A DNA stretch of 64,000 nucleotides, taken from positions 147,347-211,346 of the forward strand of contig CAKSAP010000001.1 of the NCBI GenBank assembly GCA_934436505.1, given 5' to 3'. Every line of letters begins with the position of its first letter. Positions within the stretch are counted from its first letter, which is position 1. Made by a program: the position numbers and the translations under genes. A model generated the notes under the pieces. It was given only the letters and a program-made list of their open reading frames with translations, was not told the origin of the DNA and searched no databases. Shown in pieces: positions 1 to 13,752 of this stretch. This DNA is from an uncultured Eubacteriales bacterium. GTDB lineage: Bacteria; Bacillota; Clostridia; Oscillospirales; Acutalibacteraceae.

Positions 1-849
1 TTGTTGCCTGTCTGCGTGCCCACATTGAATTGAGCTCTACGCCGTCAACCTTGAGCTCGTGCGGAACAACCGTATAGCCGCAACGTACACCCGTAAAGCC
101 TGCTGTCTTTGAGAAGGATTTGAACTCGATTGCACAGGTCTTTGCACCCTCGATTTCATAAATGGTGTGCGGTACGTTGTCCTCTGTGATAAACGCTTCA
201 TAAGCTGCGTCGTAAAGGATTACAGAGCCGTTCTCGTTTGCATAATCGACCCATTTTTTAAGCTCGTCCTTTGTAATTGCCATACCCGTAGGATTGTTCG
301 GGAAGCAAAGGTAAATCAAATCAACCTTTTCCTTAGGAAGCTCGGGCAGGAAATTATTTTCTGCAAGGCAGGTCATATAATAAATGTTCGACCATTTACC
401 GTCTGCGTCCTTTTCGCCCGAACGGCCCGACATAACGTTTGTGTCAACATATACGGGATAAACGGGGTCGCAAATAGCAACCTTATTGTCAAGCGAGAAA
501 ATATCGCCGATGTTGCCCGTATCGCTCTTTGCGCCGTCCGATACGAAAATTTCAGAATTGTCAAGCTCTACGCCGTGAGCCTTATAGTCATTTTCGTTGA
601 TTGCGTCCAAAAGGAAATCATAGCCGAATGCAGGCGGATATCCTCTGAAGGTCTCGGCTTTTGACATTTCGTCAACAGCCTTGTGCATAGCGTCAATGCA
701 AGCAGGTGCCAACGGACGTGTAACGTCGCCGATACCGAGCCTTATAATCTCTTTGTCGGGATTTGCCTTTGAATAAGCCTCAACCTTTTTTGCAATGTTC
801 AAAAAAAGATAGCTGCTTTCGATTTTCAAAAAATTTTCGTTGAATTTCA
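1..849 (-). CDS. dapL: LL-diaminopimelate aminotransferase, 5' part only; the gene continues past the window start
   Basis: Reverse-strand translation from the ATG at 849 gives [16 protein letters not shown]...[10 protein letters not shown]...CFPNNPTG, typical of class I/II aminotransferase DapL. There is no stop before the window edge. It lies downstream of dapF on the same strand. Confidence 0.8.
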
Positions 850-868
850 TTTTTGTATTTCCTTTCGT

Positions 869-1720
869 TTATTCTTCAATTTCGCCGGTGCATACCGTTG
901 CGGCAGGACCCGTCATATAAACATCTCCGCCGTCAGTCCAAATATCAGTAAGCGTACCGCCTAAAAGATTTATTTTTATCTCCGTGTTCCTCTTACAGTA
1001 GCCGCAAAGCACAGAAGCCACCGTTACCGCACAAGAGCCTGTGCCGCAGGCGAGAGTTTCGCCCGAGCCTCTTTCCCAAACCCTCATATCAAGCTCGGTA
1101 TCGCTCACAACGTGTACAAATTCCGTGTTTATTCTTTCGGGGAACATTTCGTTGTTTTCAAATTTCGGACCTATTTTTTCAAGGTCAATGCTTTTAACGT
1201 CGTCAACATAGACAATGCAGTGGGGATTTCCCATAGAAACACAGGTAACCTCGTACTCTTTTCCGTCGATAGTTAATTTTTGTCTAACCACGCTTTCGCC
1301 GTCAAATTTTGTCGGTATTTTATCCGCTTGCAAAATCGGCTCGCCCATATTGACTCTTGCGCTGACAACCTTTCCGTTCTCAACGTTCATTTTAATAAGC
1401 TTGATTCCGCTTCTTGTTTCAACCGATATTTCATCCTTATCGGTCATACCGTTATCGTAAACATATTTTGAAACGCATCTTATGCCGTTTCCGCACATCA
1501 TACCCTCAGAGCCGTCGGCGTTGTAAATGTTCATCTTGAAATCCGCCTTATCGCTCGGGGAAATGAGAATAAGTCCGTCCGAGCCGATGCCAAAGTGCCT
1601 GTCGCTGACCTTTATCGCAAGCTTTTCCGGATCTTTGACCGTTTCCTCAAAGCAGTTGATATATATGTAGTCGTTTCCTGCTCCGTGCATTTTAGTAAAT
1701 TTCAATCTATCCATCTCCAA
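869..1720 (-). CDS. dapF: diaminopimelate epimerase
   Basis: 283 aa. HGAGNDY, GNGIRC and CGTGSCA motifs are characteristic of DapF. Confidence 0.9.
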   Translation of the reverse strand: MEMDRLKFTKMHGAGNDYIYINCFEETVKDPEKLAIKVSDRHFGIGSDGLILISPSDKADFKMNIYNADGSEGMMCGNGIRCVSKYVYDNGMTDKDEISVETRSGIKLIKMNVENGKVVSARVNMGEPILQADKIPTKFDGESVVRQKLTIDGKEYEVTCVSMGNPHCIVYVDDVKSIDLEKIGPKFENNEMFPERINTEFVHVVSDTELDMRVWERGSGETLACGTGSCAVTVASVLCGYCKRNTEIKINLLGGTLTDIWTDGGDVYMTGPAATVCTGEIEE

Positions 1721-2228
1721 TCATTCGTGCAAGCTCCAAAAGCTTCATTCCGCTTTCCATGCTTCTGCGCTGTAATATCTTATGCGCCTCACGCTCGGAA
1801 ACGTGGTGCCTGCTCATTATTATACGCTTAGCCCTGTCAAGTATTTCCTCTGTCTCGCCGCTTTTCTTGTGTCTTGAAAGAACCTCGTTTTCTGTTGCCG
1901 CCATTACCTTAACGGTTCTCAAAAACTCAATTCTGTCAATCGGCATATTTATTTCTACCATATTGCTCACAAACACAGCCTGCGACTCTCCCGAGGGCAA
2001 AAGATGTATAACATCACAGCCCTGCGGAAGCATATTAGCAAGAGTGAGAGCCGTCATATCGCCAAGCCTTCCGCACACCACCAATGCCCGTGGATAAACG
2101 CCCGTAAAAGCGAGCACCTCGTTTCCCGAGCATAAAAGAGAGCGAACGAATACCCCACCGCTTTGCAAAATCGTTTTAATATGCTCAGCGGAGTGATTAT
2201 TAGCACTTGCGATAATAACGTCTCTCAT
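1707..2228 (-). CDS. ANTAR-domain RNA-binding antiterminator with a pseudo-receiver N-terminus
   Basis: C-terminal ANTAR-like helices (EEILDRAKRIIMSRHHVSEREAHKILQRRSMESGMKLLELARMI). The N-terminus lacks the acidic receiver pocket. It overlaps the dapF start by 14 nt. Confidence 0.6.
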   Translation of the reverse strand: MRDVIIASANNHSAEHIKTILQSGGVFVRSLLCSGNEVLAFTGVYPRALVVCGRLGDMTALTLANMLPQGCDVIHLLPSGESQAVFVSNMVEINMPIDRIEFLRTVKVMAATENEVLSRHKKSGETEEILDRAKRIIMSRHHVSEREAHKILQRRSMESGMKLLELARMIGDG

Positions 2229-2246
2229 AAATTACGCCTTTTTCAA

Positions 2247-3500
2247 TTACTTATAAAGCGGATGTCTGTTGCAAATTTCATTAACACCGTTGCGGATGTA
2301 ATCCTTGCTGTTTTCAAAGTCATTTACCGCAAGAGCAATGTACTCTGCAATCTTATCCATATCCTCAGCGTCAAAGCCTCTTGTTGTAACAGCAGGAGTG
2401 CCGAGACGCAAGCCGCTTGTGATAAACGGACTGCGAGGCTCGTTGGGAACAGTGTTCTTGTTAGCCGTGATATAAACCTCGTCAAGTCTGTGCTCAAGTT
2501 CCTTACCCGTAACCTCGCTGCCACGAAGGTCAACAAGGCAAAGGTGGTTGTCGCTTCCGCCCGATACAAGCTTGATATCTCTTGCAAGCAAGCCCTTAAC
2601 AAGTGCCTGACAGTTGTCGATAACATTCTTTTGATATTCCTTGAATTCGGGTTTGAGAGCCTCGCCGAAGCAAACAGCCTTGCCTGCGATAACGTGCATA
2701 AGCGGACCGCCCTGTGTTCCGGGGAAGATTGCCTTATTAAACGCCTTACCGAGCTCCTCGTCGTTGCAAAGGATAAGACCGCCTCTCGGTCCTCTCAAGG
2801 TCTTATGTGTTGTTGATGTTACAACGTCTGCATACGGAACGGGCGAGGGGTGGAGACCTGCCGCAATAAGTCCCGCAATATGAGCCATATCGACCATAAA
2901 GTATGCGCCGACTTCTTTTGCGATTTGAGAAATTCTCTCAAAATCAATAATTCTCGGATATGCCGAAGCGCCTGCAACGATAAGCTTCGGCTTGCACTCC
3001 TTAGCCTTTTTTTCAAACTCGTCATAATCGATAAAGCCGTCAGCGTTTACGCCGTAAGGCACGAAGTTGAAGTATTTACCCGACATATTAACGGGTGAGC
3101 CGTGTGTGAGGTGTCCGCCCTCTGCAAGGTTCATTCCCATAACTGTATCGCCGGGATTGAGAAGTGCAAAGTAAACAGCCATATTAGCCTGTGCGCCCGA
3201 ATGAGGCTGAACGTTTGCATAGCTTGCGCCGAAAAGCTCCTTAACTCTGTCTCTTGCAATATCCTCAACAATATCAACGCACTCACAGCCGCCGTAATAT
3301 CTCTTACCCGGATAGCCCTCTGCGTATTTGTTTGTCAGGATGCTTCCCATAGCAGCCATAACCGCAGGAGAAACTATGTTCTCACTTGCGATAAGCTCAA
3401 TGTTTCTCTGCTGACGTTCAAGCTCTTTTTTCATTGCCGAGCCAACCTGCTCGTCATACTTTGAAACAAGACCGATTGAATCCAAAAGATCGTTATACAT
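2247..3500 (-). CDS. glyA: serine hydroxymethyltransferase
   Basis: 417 aa with SHMT signature regions (ELIASEN, the [15 protein letters not shown]-lysine region). Confidence 0.95.
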   Translation of the reverse strand: MYNDLLDSIGLVSKYDEQVGSAMKKELERQQRNIELIASENIVSPAVMAAMGSILTNKYAEGYPGKRYYGGCECVDIVEDIARDRVKELFGASYANVQPHSGAQANMAVYFALLNPGDTVMGMNLAEGGHLTHGSPVNMSGKYFNFVPYGVNADGFIDYDEFEKKAKECKPKLIVAGASAYPRIIDFERISQIAKEVGAYFMVDMAHIAGLIAAGLHPSPVPYADVVTSTTHKTLRGPRGGLILCNDEELGKAFNKAIFPGTQGGPLMHVIAGKAVCFGEALKPEFKEYQKNVIDNCQALVKGLLARDIKLVSGGSDNHLCLVDLRGSEVTGKELEHRLDEVYITANKNTVPNEPRSPFITSGLRLGTPAVTTRGFDAEDMDKIAEYIALAVNDFENSKDYIRNGVNEICNRHPLYK

Positions 3501-3525
3501 ATCCTTACCTCAATTTCAAATCAAA

Positions 3526-5031
<1,506 letters not shown>

Positions 5032-5063
5032 TTACTGACGATTTAATTCAATAGATAAATAAG

Positions 5064-5095
5064 AAAAAACACCCGTGGTTTTACAGGTGTTTTTG
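5064..5095 (-). terminator. rho-independent terminator downstream of apbC
   Basis: AAAAACACC-loop-GGTGTTTTT hairpin, followed on the minus strand by a T-run. Confidence 0.5.
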
Positions 5096-5106
5096 TGCCT
5101 TTTGAC

Positions 5107-5925
5107 TTATTCGGCAATACGCTCTATAACCTCGGTCATTGCCGAAGCGTCTGAAAGCTCTATTGTGCCGTTATCTACATATGCCGCAGCGGCAGGATTT
5201 ATCGGGAGCTTAGCGAGAACAGGTATCTCAAGCTCCTTTGCAACCTCGTCTATTTTGCTTTCGCCGAAAATGTAATGCTTTTTATGGCAATCGGGACATT
5301 CAAAATAGCTCATATTTTCAACTATACCGAGAATCGGGACATTCATCATCTTAGCCATATTGTAAGCCTTTTTAACAATCATGGTTACAAGGTCCTGCGG
5401 CGTTGTAACGATAATAATTCCGTCAACGGGCATACTCTGGAACACGGTAAGCGGAACATCGCCCGTTCCGGGAGGCATATCGACAAACATGTAGTCAACA
5501 TCGCCCCATTGAACCTCCTGCCAGAACTGATTTATAACGCCCGAAATCACGGGACCTCTCCAAATAACGGGAGCGTCCTCTTTTTCAAGCAAAAGGTTAA
5601 TGCTCATTATTTTAATGCCGAGCTTTGTTTCGGCAGGCAAAATTCCCTCGTCGTTTCCGAGTGCTCTGCCGTGAATTCCGAAGCCTTTGGGGATTGACGG
5701 GCCTGTAATATCGGCGTCAAGTATAGCCGTTTTATAGCCGTGAAGCTGTGAAGCGAGCGCAAGTGTAGACGTAACAAAGCTTTTGCCTACGCCGCCCTTA
5801 CCGCTGACAACTCCGATAACTTTTTTTACATTGCTGTTTGCGTTCTGCGGTAAACGGAAATCCTTCTTTTCGTTTTCACACTTAGAAGCACAGTTTGAGC
5901 AATCGTGATTGCAATTTTCACTCAT
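5107..5925 (-). CDS. apbC: Mrp/ApbC/NBP35-family Fe-S cluster carrier ATPase
   Basis: GKGGVGKS P-loop, CxxC pairs, and an N-terminal Cys-rich extension. Confidence 0.85.
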   Translation of the reverse strand: MSENCNHDCSNCASKCENEKKDFRLPQNANSNVKKVIGVVSGKGGVGKSFVTSTLALASQLHGYKTAILDADITGPSIPKGFGIHGRALGNDEGILPAETKLGIKIMSINLLLEKEDAPVIWRGPVISGVINQFWQEVQWGDVDYMFVDMPPGTGDVPLTVFQSMPVDGIIIVTTPQDLVTMIVKKAYNMAKMMNVPILGIVENMSYFECPDCHKKHYIFGESKIDEVAKELEIPVLAKLPINPAAAAYVDNGTIELSDASAMTEVIERIAE

Positions 5926-5951
5926 AATATCACCTGAAAAAATTTTAATAC

Positions 5952-6416
5952 TTATTTATTATTTGTTCTTTGCTCACGTAAATTCTTAAAAAATTCTGAG
6001 AGCATATTTGAACATTCTTCGCCCAAAACGCCGCTTTCCGTTTCCGGCTTATGCGTAAAGGGGAGAGAAAACATTTCCGTTACCGATTCAACAGCGCCGT
6101 TTTTATAATCCTTTGCGCCGTAGGTAACTTTTTTTAGTCTTGAATTTATAATCGCACCTGCGCACATCGGACACGGCTCAAGGGTTACATACATTTCGCA
6201 CTCCCAAAGCCGCCAACCGCCGAGTGCTTTACAAGCGCCGTCAATCGCCTCTATTTCAGCATGGCAAAGAGCGTTTTTCTCCTTTTCTCTGCGATTTCTG
6301 CCGTAGGAAACAACCTCGCCGTTTCTTACGACCACCGCACCGACGGGAACTTCACCCTCGTCCGCCGAAAGCCTTGCCTGTTCAAGCGCAAGACGCATAA
6401 AATCATATTTATCCAT
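5952..6416 (-). CDS. tadA: tRNA adenosine(34) deaminase
   Basis: CMP/dCMP deaminase zinc motif HAE...PCPMC. Start placed at internal MDKYD, 1 nt after the stop of the upstream CPBP gene (translational coupling). Confidence 0.85.
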   Translation of the reverse strand: MDKYDFMRLALEQARLSADEGEVPVGAVVVRNGEVVSYGRNRREKEKNALCHAEIEAIDGACKALGGWRLWECEMYVTLEPCPMCAGAIINSRLKKVTYGAKDYKNGAVESVTEMFSLPFTHKPETESGVLGEECSNMLSEFFKNLREQRTNNK

Positions 6417-6417
6417 A

Positions 6418-7485
6418 TCAGTTAATATAAAGGCTTGTTTCGACAATAAGCAAAACCTCTGCAATAATCATCGGCGCACTGAAGATAAAGCTGATTGCCT
6501 TTTCTCCGCTTGTAAGAGCAGACGTGCAACCCCTTGAAAGAGTGTTTTTTGAAAAAGCTCCGCCGAGAGCCTTTTGCTTTCTGTCGTTTGCATAAAGTGC
6601 AAAGCAAATAATTCCTACGGCAAAAACGACCGTGTAAAGAATCATTGCAAACATATTGGTAATTTCATCCGAGCAATTCTGTGAAACGGTCATTGAAATT
6701 ACCGCAATAGCGTTGTTTATAAAGTGAATTATAATGCCCGTCCACATAGTGCCTGTTTTAATAACCGCATATCCGATACCGATACCGGCAATAAACGCAA
6801 AGGGTATCTGTATCATATTTCCGTGCATAAGAGCAAACACAAACGAGGACATAATTATAGCAAAGCCGTCTCCGTATTTACGAAGCGACTGCATAACAAC
6901 GCCCCTGATTGCAAATTCCTCAACAAAAGCAGGGATGACGGCGGTTACAAAAAACGACATTGCAACCGTTGAAAAGGTGCTGTAGGTCGAGCCGTCGTCG
7001 GGCTGCGAAAACTCAATTCCGAACACTGCCTCGCAAAAAGTCGAAAACATACCCGTAGCAATGCTTCCGAGAATGCAAATCATTACGGTAATCGGAATTA
7101 AAAGCGCAAATTCCTTGTTGTCATAGGGCTTTCCAAGCGGCAAATCGTTGATATAATTTCTCTTTTTTAACGATTTATACGCAATTAAAAACGGAAGTCC
7201 CAACGTGAAAAGCGACATCAACGCCGTCAGCGCAGAAACAAAATACTCGTTGTTCTTATAAAGCTCCTCAAAGCCGTCAACCTGAGAAAGAACAAGTCCT
7301 AAAATTGTTCCGAGCACGATAAATGCCGTAACCGCAGCACCGCATACCTTGCTGACGGTTGAAATGCTCGCCTTATGCTTGTTTTTGAGAAGATAATAAT
7401 CTCCGTTATAGTTGTTATTGAAATTGTTGTTAAAATTGTATTGATTGTTCTGTCCGTAAGGAGAGAAAGGCTGTTGATAATTCAT
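6418..7485 (-). CDS. CPBP-family (CAAX/Abi) intramembrane metalloprotease
   Basis: Polytopic membrane protein with EEFAIRG...FALMH...HFINN motifs. The N-terminus is low-complexity and N/Q/Y-rich. Confidence 0.75.
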   Translation of the reverse strand: MNYQQPFSPYGQNNQYNFNNNFNNNYNGDYYLLKNKHKASISTVSKVCGAAVTAFIVLGTILGLVLSQVDGFEELYKNNEYFVSALTALMSLFTLGLPFLIAYKSLKKRNYINDLPLGKPYDNKEFALLIPITVMICILGSIATGMFSTFCEAVFGIEFSQPDDGSTYSTFSTVAMSFFVTAVIPAFVEEFAIRGVVMQSLRKYGDGFAIIMSSFVFALMHGNMIQIPFAFIAGIGIGYAVIKTGTMWTGIIIHFINNAIAVISMTVSQNCSDEITNMFAMILYTVVFAVGIICFALYANDRKQKALGGAFSKNTLSRGCTSALTSGEKAISFIFSAPMIIAEVLLIVETSLYIN

Positions 7486-7568
7486 ATACTACCACCATTA
7501 CTGTATTTTCTTTAATTGTAGCATCTAAAAATTAACAGATTGTTACGCAAAATATGCGTATTTATAAA

Positions 7569-10142
7569 TTATTCTTCCGTTTCGGACACTTCCGCTTCGT
7601 TACCCTCGGCATCATCTTCGCTTGCTTCAAGCTCATCGGTCTTTTCCTCTGCGTCATGTGCGGTAATCGAGAAAGCCGAAACCTTTTCGCCCTCTGATAC
7701 CTTCATAACACGAACGCCCTTTGACGTTCTTGAGAAGGTGCTTATGTCGGACGCCTTGATTCTTATGATAATTCCGTCCGAAGAAATTATGATAATATCC
7801 TCGTCGTCATCAATCATTGAAACCGCCGCAACGTCTCCGTAAAGCTCGGTCTTATAGTTGGTAAGACCCTTACCGCCTCTCGACTGAATACGGTAATTGT
7901 CAATTTCGGAGCGTCTGCCGAAGCCTGTTTCGGAAATTGTAAGAACTTTTTTGCCTTCTTCGAGGATACACATACCCGTAACCTCGTCGCCGTCACGAAG
8001 CGAGATAGCCTTAACGCCACGGGCAGTTCTGCCGATTACCCTCGCATCGTTTTCCTCAAAGGTAATTGCAAAGCCCTTCTTGGTAGCTACCATTATCTTC
8101 TTCGTTCCGTCCGTGAGAGCAACCCAATCAAGTTCGTCGCCCTCGTCAAGATTTATTGCAAGAATACCCGACTTACGAATATTCCTATACGCATTAAGCG
8201 GAGTACGCTTGATAATGCCCTGTTTTGTAAGCATACAGAGATAGAAATTATCCTCATCGCTGAAATTCGGAACTCTGATCATTGACGTAATTTTCTCGTC
8301 CGAGGTTATGGGAAGAATATTAACTACATTCATACCCTTACTTGAACGGCTGCCCTCGGGAATTTCATAGCCCTTGAGCCTGTAAGCCTTACCGAGTGAG
8401 GTAAAGAACATAATATAATCGTGTGAGGAGCAGGTAAACATTGTCTTTGCGTAATCCTCTTCACGTCTTGTCATACCCTTGATACCCTTGCCGCCTCTGC
8501 GCTGGCTCTGATAGGTGTCAACGGGCTGACGTTTGATATAGCCCATATTTGTAAGCGTATAAACGCAGTCCTCTTCGGGAATAAGGTCCTCAATATCAAC
8601 TTCGCCCGCAACGTTGGAAATCTCTGTTCTTCTCTCGTCGCTGAATTTTTCGGCAATAACCTGAAGTTCTGTTTTAACGGTATTTTTGATATTTGTTTCA
8701 GAAGACAAAAGTTCAAGCAATGACTTAATCTTTTCCTGAAGTTCTTTACGCTCGGAAATAATCTTCTGAATTTCAAGACCTGCCAGCTGACCGAGTCTGA
8801 ATGCAACTATCGCATCTGCCTGCGGCTCGTCAAAGTCAAACTTGTCCATAATAGCCTGCTTTGCCTCCGGCTGACCGCCCTTACAAGCACGAATTGTCGC
8901 AATAATATCATCAACAATATCAACTGCTCTTTCAAGACCTGCAAGAATATGCTCTCTGTCCTGTGCTTTTTTAAGGTCAAATTCCGTTCTTCTTGTGATT
9001 ATTTCACATTGGAATTTTATATACTGCTCGATTATTTCTTTAAGTGTGAGTATCTTCGGAACGCCGTCAACAAGGGCGAGCTGAATTATACCGTAGGAAA
9101 TCTGAAGCTGCGTCATCTGATACAACTGATTTAAGATAACCTGCGGGTTTGCGTCTCTCTTTAAGTCGATAACAATTCTGATACCGCCGCCACGCTTTGA
9201 AGAATAGTCGTTAATGCCCGACATTCCCTCGATTTTTTTATCCTTATGAAGCTCTGCGATTGACTCGATAAGTCTTGCCTTATTAACCTGATAGGGAAGC
9301 TCGGTAATTACGATTTGAAATTTGCCGTTCTTTTCGTTTTCAATAATTTCGGCACGGCCACGAAGTGTAATTTTACCTCTGCCCGTTGCATAAGCCGCAC
9401 GAATACCGGCTCTGCCCATAATAATTCCCTCTGTCGGGAAATCCGGTCCCTTGATATGCTCCATAATCTCCTCAAGCGAAGCGTCGGGATTATCAATTAC
9501 ACAGCAAACGCCGTCAATAACCTCGCCGAGATTGTGAGGGGGAATATTTGTTGCCATACCTACGGCAATACCTGTTGATCCGTTTACGAGCAGGTTCGGG
9601 TATCTTGACGGAAGAACTGTAGGCTCTTTAAGTCTGTCGTCGTAGTTTGGAACATAGTCTACGGTCTTTTTGTCAATATCAGTCAAAAGCTCGAGAGCGA
9701 TTTTGCTCATTCTCGACTCTGTATAACGGTATGCAGCAGGTGGGTCGCCGTCGATTGAACCGAAGTTACCGTGACCGTCAACAAGAGTGTATCTCATTGA
9801 GAAATCCTGCGCAAGTCTAACCATTGCATCGTAAACCGAAGCGTCGCCGTGGGGATGGTAAGAGCCCAATACGGCACCGACTGTATCGGCGCACTTACGG
9901 TATGCAACATTCGGATACAAATGCTTTTCGTACATTGTGTAAAGAATTCTTCTGTGAACGGGCTTTAAGCCGTCTCTTACGTCGGGAAGTGCACGGGAAG
10001 TGATAACCGACATAGAGTAATCAAGGAATGAATTTCTCATTTCCTGATTTATTTCCTTGTTTATAATGTTCTGTTGCTCAAGCGGAACATAATCTCCTAA
10101 ATTGTGATTATGACTTGCACTTGAAGTTTTGTTTTTAGCCAT
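7569..10142 (-). CDS. gyrA: DNA gyrase subunit A
   Basis: 857 aa, active-site region AAMRYTE-like, C-terminal beta-pinwheel and acidic tail. Confidence 0.97.
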   Translation of the reverse strand: MAKNKTSSASHNHNLGDYVPLEQQNIINKEINQEMRNSFLDYSMSVITSRALPDVRDGLKPVHRRILYTMYEKHLYPNVAYRKCADTVGAVLGSYHPHGDASVYDAMVRLAQDFSMRYTLVDGHGNFGSIDGDPPAAYRYTESRMSKIALELLTDIDKKTVDYVPNYDDRLKEPTVLPSRYPNLLVNGSTGIAVGMATNIPPHNLGEVIDGVCCVIDNPDASLEEIMEHIKGPDFPTEGIIMGRAGIRAAYATGRGKITLRGRAEIIENEKNGKFQIVITELPYQVNKARLIESIAELHKDKKIEGMSGINDYSSKRGGGIRIVIDLKRDANPQVILNQLYQMTQLQISYGIIQLALVDGVPKILTLKEIIEQYIKFQCEIITRRTEFDLKKAQDREHILAGLERAVDIVDDIIATIRACKGGQPEAKQAIMDKFDFDEPQADAIVAFRLGQLAGLEIQKIISERKELQEKIKSLLELLSSETNIKNTVKTELQVIAEKFSDERRTEISNVAGEVDIEDLIPEEDCVYTLTNMGYIKRQPVDTYQSQRRGGKGIKGMTRREEDYAKTMFTCSSHDYIMFFTSLGKAYRLKGYEIPEGSRSSKGMNVVNILPITSDEKITSMIRVPNFSDEDNFYLCMLTKQGIIKRTPLNAYRNIRKSGILAINLDEGDELDWVALTDGTKKIMVATKKGFAITFEENDARVIGRTARGVKAISLRDGDEVTGMCILEEGKKVLTISETGFGRRSEIDNYRIQSRGGKGLTNYKTELYGDVAAVSMIDDDEDIIIISSDGIIIRIKASDISTFSRTSKGVRVMKVSEGEKVSAFSITAHDAEEKTDELEASEDDAEGNEAEVSETEE

Positions 10143-10159
10143 CGTCTTACCTCTTTATC

Positions 10160-12157
<1,998 letters not shown>

Positions 12158-12403
12158 TTAATCTATTCTCTTAAATAACGTGTTAGTTGAATACGGCGAT
12201 ATATACACCGTTCTTTTTCCTTTTTCTTCGGTTACAATAAAGGACTTCGGCAAATCATATGAAACCGTTTTTGACAGCCCTTGCTTTTCCGCAAAATTAA
12301 GATAATCCCTTGACGCCTTTGAAACCGTAGTGTTATCAAGGTCAAATATTCCGATTATATCCTCGGTTTTTATAAAATCCTCTGTTCCTATTTGCAGATA
12401 CAT
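12158..12403 (-). CDS. remB: DUF370 protein (RemB/YaaB-like) between recF and gyrB
   Basis: 81 aa (MYLQIGTEDFIKTEDIIGIFDL...). Sits at the conserved position of B. subtilis yaaB. Its start overlaps the recF stop. Confidence 0.7.
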   Translation of the reverse strand: MYLQIGTEDFIKTEDIIGIFDLDNTTVSKASRDYLNFAEKQGLSKTVSYDLPKSFIVTEEKGKRTVYISPYSTNTLFKRID

Positions 12404-13494
12404 TAAATCAACCTGCCTTTTTCAATATGAAAAGTTTTGCCCTCGCACATTCTCAAAACGGTGGCAGGGTCGCAGCAGGTTATAAATACCTGTCTTGAAT
12501 TAAGATGATTTAATATATAATCCTGCCTGTTAACATCAAGCTCGCTCATTACATCATCAAGAAGTATAACAGGCTCTTCGCCCGTAACGTCCTTGATTAT
12601 ATTAGCCTCACTCAATTTCATTGCAAGCGCACAGGAACGCTGCTGACCTTGCGAGCCGAATTTTCTTGCCGAAAGAGAATTTATTTTAATGTCAATATCA
12701 TCTCTTTGCGGTCCTATGCTTGTTATTTTATTAAAAATATCCTCACGCCTGTTTTGTCTGAGCCTTTCAAAAAGAAAATCTTTTATTTCGTAAATATCGT
12801 CATTATAAAGCCCTGTGTTATTTACATATTGAATTTCAAGTTTTTCTCTACCGTCGGAAAGTCCCGTGTATATTTCATCGCAGCTTTCGCTTAAAAGCCT
12901 TGTATATTTAATTCTCTCCGAAACTATTGCCGAGGCATAGGACGAAAGCCTGTCATCCCAAACATCGAGCGTATCATAAAGTTCCGAATGAAATTGAATA
13001 TCTTTTAACAAAGCATTTCTCTGCTCAAGCGCCCTGTTATATTTCGCAAGCACTCTCGCATAGCTCGGCTTTAGCTGACAAAGAGCCGTGTCTAAAAATT
13101 TTCTTCTGTTTACGGGTCCCTCCTGGATGAGAGATAAATGAGAGGGAGAAAAAATAACTGCGTTAAATTCTCCTATCATTTCGGCAGGACTTTTCAAATC
13201 AACTCCGTTTTTGGTAATTGAACGCTTTTTTTCAATTATCATTGTAGCGGTTTGCTCTCTTCCCTTTGCAAAAAAATCAATCTCATTCTTTGCAAAATCC
13301 TTACCGAAGCCTAAAAGCTCGTTATCTCTTTTTGAACGAAAGCTTTTGCAGCCCGTAAAAAGCCAGATACTCTCAAGTAAATTGGTTTTTCCCTGTGCGT
13401 TCTCACCGAAAATAACATTTACATTCTCGGACGGAACAATTTCTATATAATCAATATTTCTGTAATCAATTACCGAGAGTCTGTTTACTTTCAT
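12403..13494 (-). CDS. recF: DNA replication and repair protein RecF
   Basis: Walker A GENAQGKTNLLE, SMC-like signature, conserved dnaN-recF-gyrB synteny. Confidence 0.95.
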   Translation of the reverse strand: MKVNRLSVIDYRNIDYIEIVPSENVNVIFGENAQGKTNLLESIWLFTGCKSFRSKRDNELLGFGKDFAKNEIDFFAKGREQTATMIIEKKRSITKNGVDLKSPAEMIGEFNAVIFSPSHLSLIQEGPVNRRKFLDTALCQLKPSYARVLAKYNRALEQRNALLKDIQFHSELYDTLDVWDDRLSSYASAIVSERIKYTRLLSESCDEIYTGLSDGREKLEIQYVNNTGLYNDDIYEIKDFLFERLRQNRREDIFNKITSIGPQRDDIDIKINSLSARKFGSQGQQRSCALAMKLSEANIIKDVTGEEPVILLDDVMSELDVNRQDYILNHLNSRQVFITCCDPATVLRMCEGKTFHIEKGRLI

Positions 13495-13502
13495 AATTTT
13501 AC

Positions 13503-13751
13503 CTATATAATTTCGTAAATTTTTCTGTCAAATTCAAAACTGTCTCCGCTTCTGAGCTTTTTACCTCTCATTGTGCAGACCTCGCCGTCAATTTTAATTT
13601 GACCGTCTCCGATTATCATTTTTGCCTGACCGCCCGTAACCACAATGTTTGCAAGCTTCAACGCCGCATCAAGCCTTATAAAATCGGTGTCTATTTTTAA
13701 TTGTACCTTTTCTTTTTCGGCAACCTTTGCCTTAACTGTTATTTTTTTCAT
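13503..13751 (-). CDS. yaaA: S4-domain RNA-binding protein YaaA
   Basis: 82 aa S4-like fold at the conserved position between dnaN and recF. Confidence 0.75.
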   Translation of the reverse strand: MKKITVKAKVAEKEKVQLKIDTDFIRLDAALKLANIVVTGGQAKMIIGDGQIKIDGEVCTMRGKKLRSGDSFEFDRKIYEII

Positions 13752-13752
13752 A

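Noticed and set aside
167-664. 165-aa plus-strand ORF from the six-frame track
   Set aside because: It lies entirely antisense to the well-supported dapL coding sequence (minus strand, 1-849). It has no RBS and no recognisable protein features.
5032-5106. Purine riboswitch upstream of guaB
   Set aside because: The 75-nt spacer is mostly occupied by the apbC terminator hairpin. There is no room or conserved core for a purine aptamer.
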